DNA from: a virus
Taxonomy: Duplodnaviria > Caudoviricetes
Strand: one strand, 5' to 3'
Virus record (IMG/VR): IMGVR_UViG_3300048578_000353
Coordinates: 1 to 25,967 of that record
Length of the DNA stretch: 25,967 bases
Positions within the stretch are counted from its first letter, which is position 1; each line of letters starts with the position of its first letter. Below, piece by piece: positions 24,599 to 25,967 of this stretch. The notes under the pieces were generated by a model. The model made no database searches. It saw only the letters and a list, made by a program, of their open reading frames with translations, and was not told where the DNA came from. The translations under genes and the position numbers were made by a program.

Positions 24599-25767
24599 AT
24601 AGAAAAATAACCGAAGAGCTTGTGCAGGATGCACGGGCTATGACAGAGGCATGGACGCCAATGAACAAGACGTTAACACCCGAGGAACTGGATGCCGAGC
24701 GGAAGCTCATCAAACTCTATATCGAGGAGATGGATTATTCGCTTGGGCAAGTGGCACGACAGGTGGATATGTCCGAGACGACTCTTTCACAGGTCCTCTC
24801 CGGAAAATATCCATCGAATCCTGCTGACCATTTAAAGGCCATTCGGCTCTGGATCGATAACGACCGCAAAAAACAGAACTCCCCGAAATTCGAAGGATTT
24901 GTCTTTGGACGGGTGGCTCAATACATCGCCGCCTCCCTGGACTTTGCCGCCAAGACCAATGTGGATGAATCCCCGGCCAATATTGCCATCATCTATGGCC
25001 CCAGCGGATGGGGAAAGACCATGACGGCCAAAACCTGGGCCACGAAGCACCCCGGGACGATTTACCTTCGGATCAACTCCGGTATGACAACCGTTCGGGG
25101 ATTCCTGGTCGAATTATGTACGGCTCTGAGATTACCGGCGGAAAAGGGAGTTCGGGGGATGATCGAAAGTATCGTCGACCGGCTCAGAAATTCTGGGCGT
25201 ATGCTCATCCTGGATGAGGCCCACCAGCTCATCTATCGCCTATCCCTGAATTTCAAAGTCTTCGAGGTCATCCGTGATATCCATGATCTGACGAACTGCC
25301 CGGTCGCACTGATTGGGACCAGTAAGATTATTCGGATGCTCGATGAAGGATGCAAAGATACCCGCAATTGGATTACCGATCAGTTTGGCGGACGCGTCTG
25401 TATCCAGATGGATATTATTCAGGCGGTCCATGGCGGAGGGGGAGGCGGGGGCGGTGGAAAGTTCGCCTTCACCCAGCAGGAGATTGCCAAGATCCTCCAG
25501 TCCGACAAGGTCAAGCTCCATCCCCAGGTGACCCGGTGGCTAGCGGAACTGGCGAGCATTCCCGGCAAGGGCGGTGTGCGTAAGATCAAACGAGTCGTCA
25601 TGATGGCCCAGATCATCCAGCAGCAGAATATCCAGAAATTCCCGAATATCACCCTGGACCTGGTCAAAGCGGCCTATTCGCAGCTTTCAAATGGCGACAC
25701 CATCAACAGTGTTCATCGGGACGAAGATGAAATGCCGCAACAGGGTAAAGAAGCGGCTGCAGGATAA
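24595..25767 (+). CDS. Mu B-like AAA+ transposition ATPase
   Basis: 390 aa; N-terminal HTH (VARQVDMSETTLSQVLSGKY), Walker A GPSGWGKT, Walker B LILDEAH, IRDIHD...P.ALIG; 4-bp overlap with MuA. Confidence 0.93.
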   Translation: MNRKITEELVQDARAMTEAWTPMNKTLTPEELDAERKLIKLYIEEMDYSLGQVARQVDMSETTLSQVLSGKYPSNPADHLKAIRLWIDNDRKKQNSPKFEGFVFGRVAQYIAASLDFAAKTNVDESPANIAIIYGPSGWGKTMTAKTWATKHPGTIYLRINSGMTTVRGFLVELCTALRLPAEKGVRGMIESIVDRLRNSGRMLILDEAHQLIYRLSLNFKVFEVIRDIHDLTNCPVALIGTSKIIRMLDEGCKDTRNWITDQFGGRVCIQMDIIQAVHGGGGGGGGGKFAFTQQEIAKILQSDKVKLHPQVTRWLAELASIPGKGGVRKIKRVVMMAQIIQQQNIQKFPNITLDLVKAAYSQLSNGDTINSVHRDEDEMPQQGKEAAAG

Positions 25768-25778
25768 AGAGCAAAACT

Positions 25779-25967
25779 ATGGCACGTGGAAATCTGACAA
25801 ATCGACAAAAGGCGGTGATTCATCAGGCGGCGACCCAGCTCGGCCTGATCCGCCGGGGCGACGACGAACAGTACCGAATGGTGCTGCGGAACGTCTGCGG
25901 TGTCGAGAGTTCCACGCAGATGACCCAGCGGGATTATGATAAGCTCATCGGATTTTTCCGCGAGATG
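25779..25967 (+). CDS. GemA / Mu gp16 (DUF1018) family protein, 3'-truncated by window
   Basis: Own translation: MARGNLTNRQKAVIHQAATQLGLIRRGDDEQYRMVLRNVCGVESSTQMTQRDYDKLIGFFREM; IH....LG...D..YR..L....G..SS..L pattern. Confidence 0.85.
   Translation, partial: MARGNLTNRQKAVIHQAATQLGLIRRGDDEQYRMVLRNVCGVESSTQMTQRDYDKLIGFFREM

Larger units (their letters stand above)
1..25967. mobile_element. Mu-like transposable prophage/phage (interior; ends not in window)
   Basis: Adjacent DDE transposase, AAA+ MuB-like ATPase and GemA/gp16-like ORF, plus a repressor, Mu-type terminase pair and a full head-neck-tail gene run. Confidence 0.95.

Noticed and set aside
1-25967. Mu-type att ends / target site duplication
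   Set aside because: Both window edges fall within phage operons; no terminal repeats identifiable.

Overview
The window is the interior of a Mu-like transposable (pro)phage; neither genome end is visible. The left ~18.8 kb (minus strand) is a siphovirus-type morphogenesis operon: DUF3486/Mu gp27-like small terminase, Mu gp28-like large terminase, HK97-type portal fused to a Mu gpF/SPP1 gp7 domain, HK97-type protease and capsid, decoration protein, neck proteins, tail tube, tape measure, tail-tip proteins and a fibre with 10-aa repeats. An internal XRE/S24-like repressor and two tiny membrane peptides follow on the minus strand. A divergent early operon on the plus strand encodes an HTH/CII-like regulator, a Zn-ribbon protein, an acyl carrier protein, MuA transposase, MuB ATPase and the start of GemA/gp16. 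The most unusual element is ~1.1 kb of apparently non-coding, densely base-paired sequence between the strong early promoter and the first early gene. It has many G-U-containing stems, GNRA loops, two long-range/pseudoknot pairings, 5'-3' end closure and CsrA-type GGA hairpins, and looks like a large structured RNA. Also notable: an ACP gene directly upstream of the transposase, a twice-repeated covarying hairpin after highly expressed structural genes, dispersed heptamer arrays and strong CGATCG enrichment. All family calls come from motif recognition by eye, not database searches.
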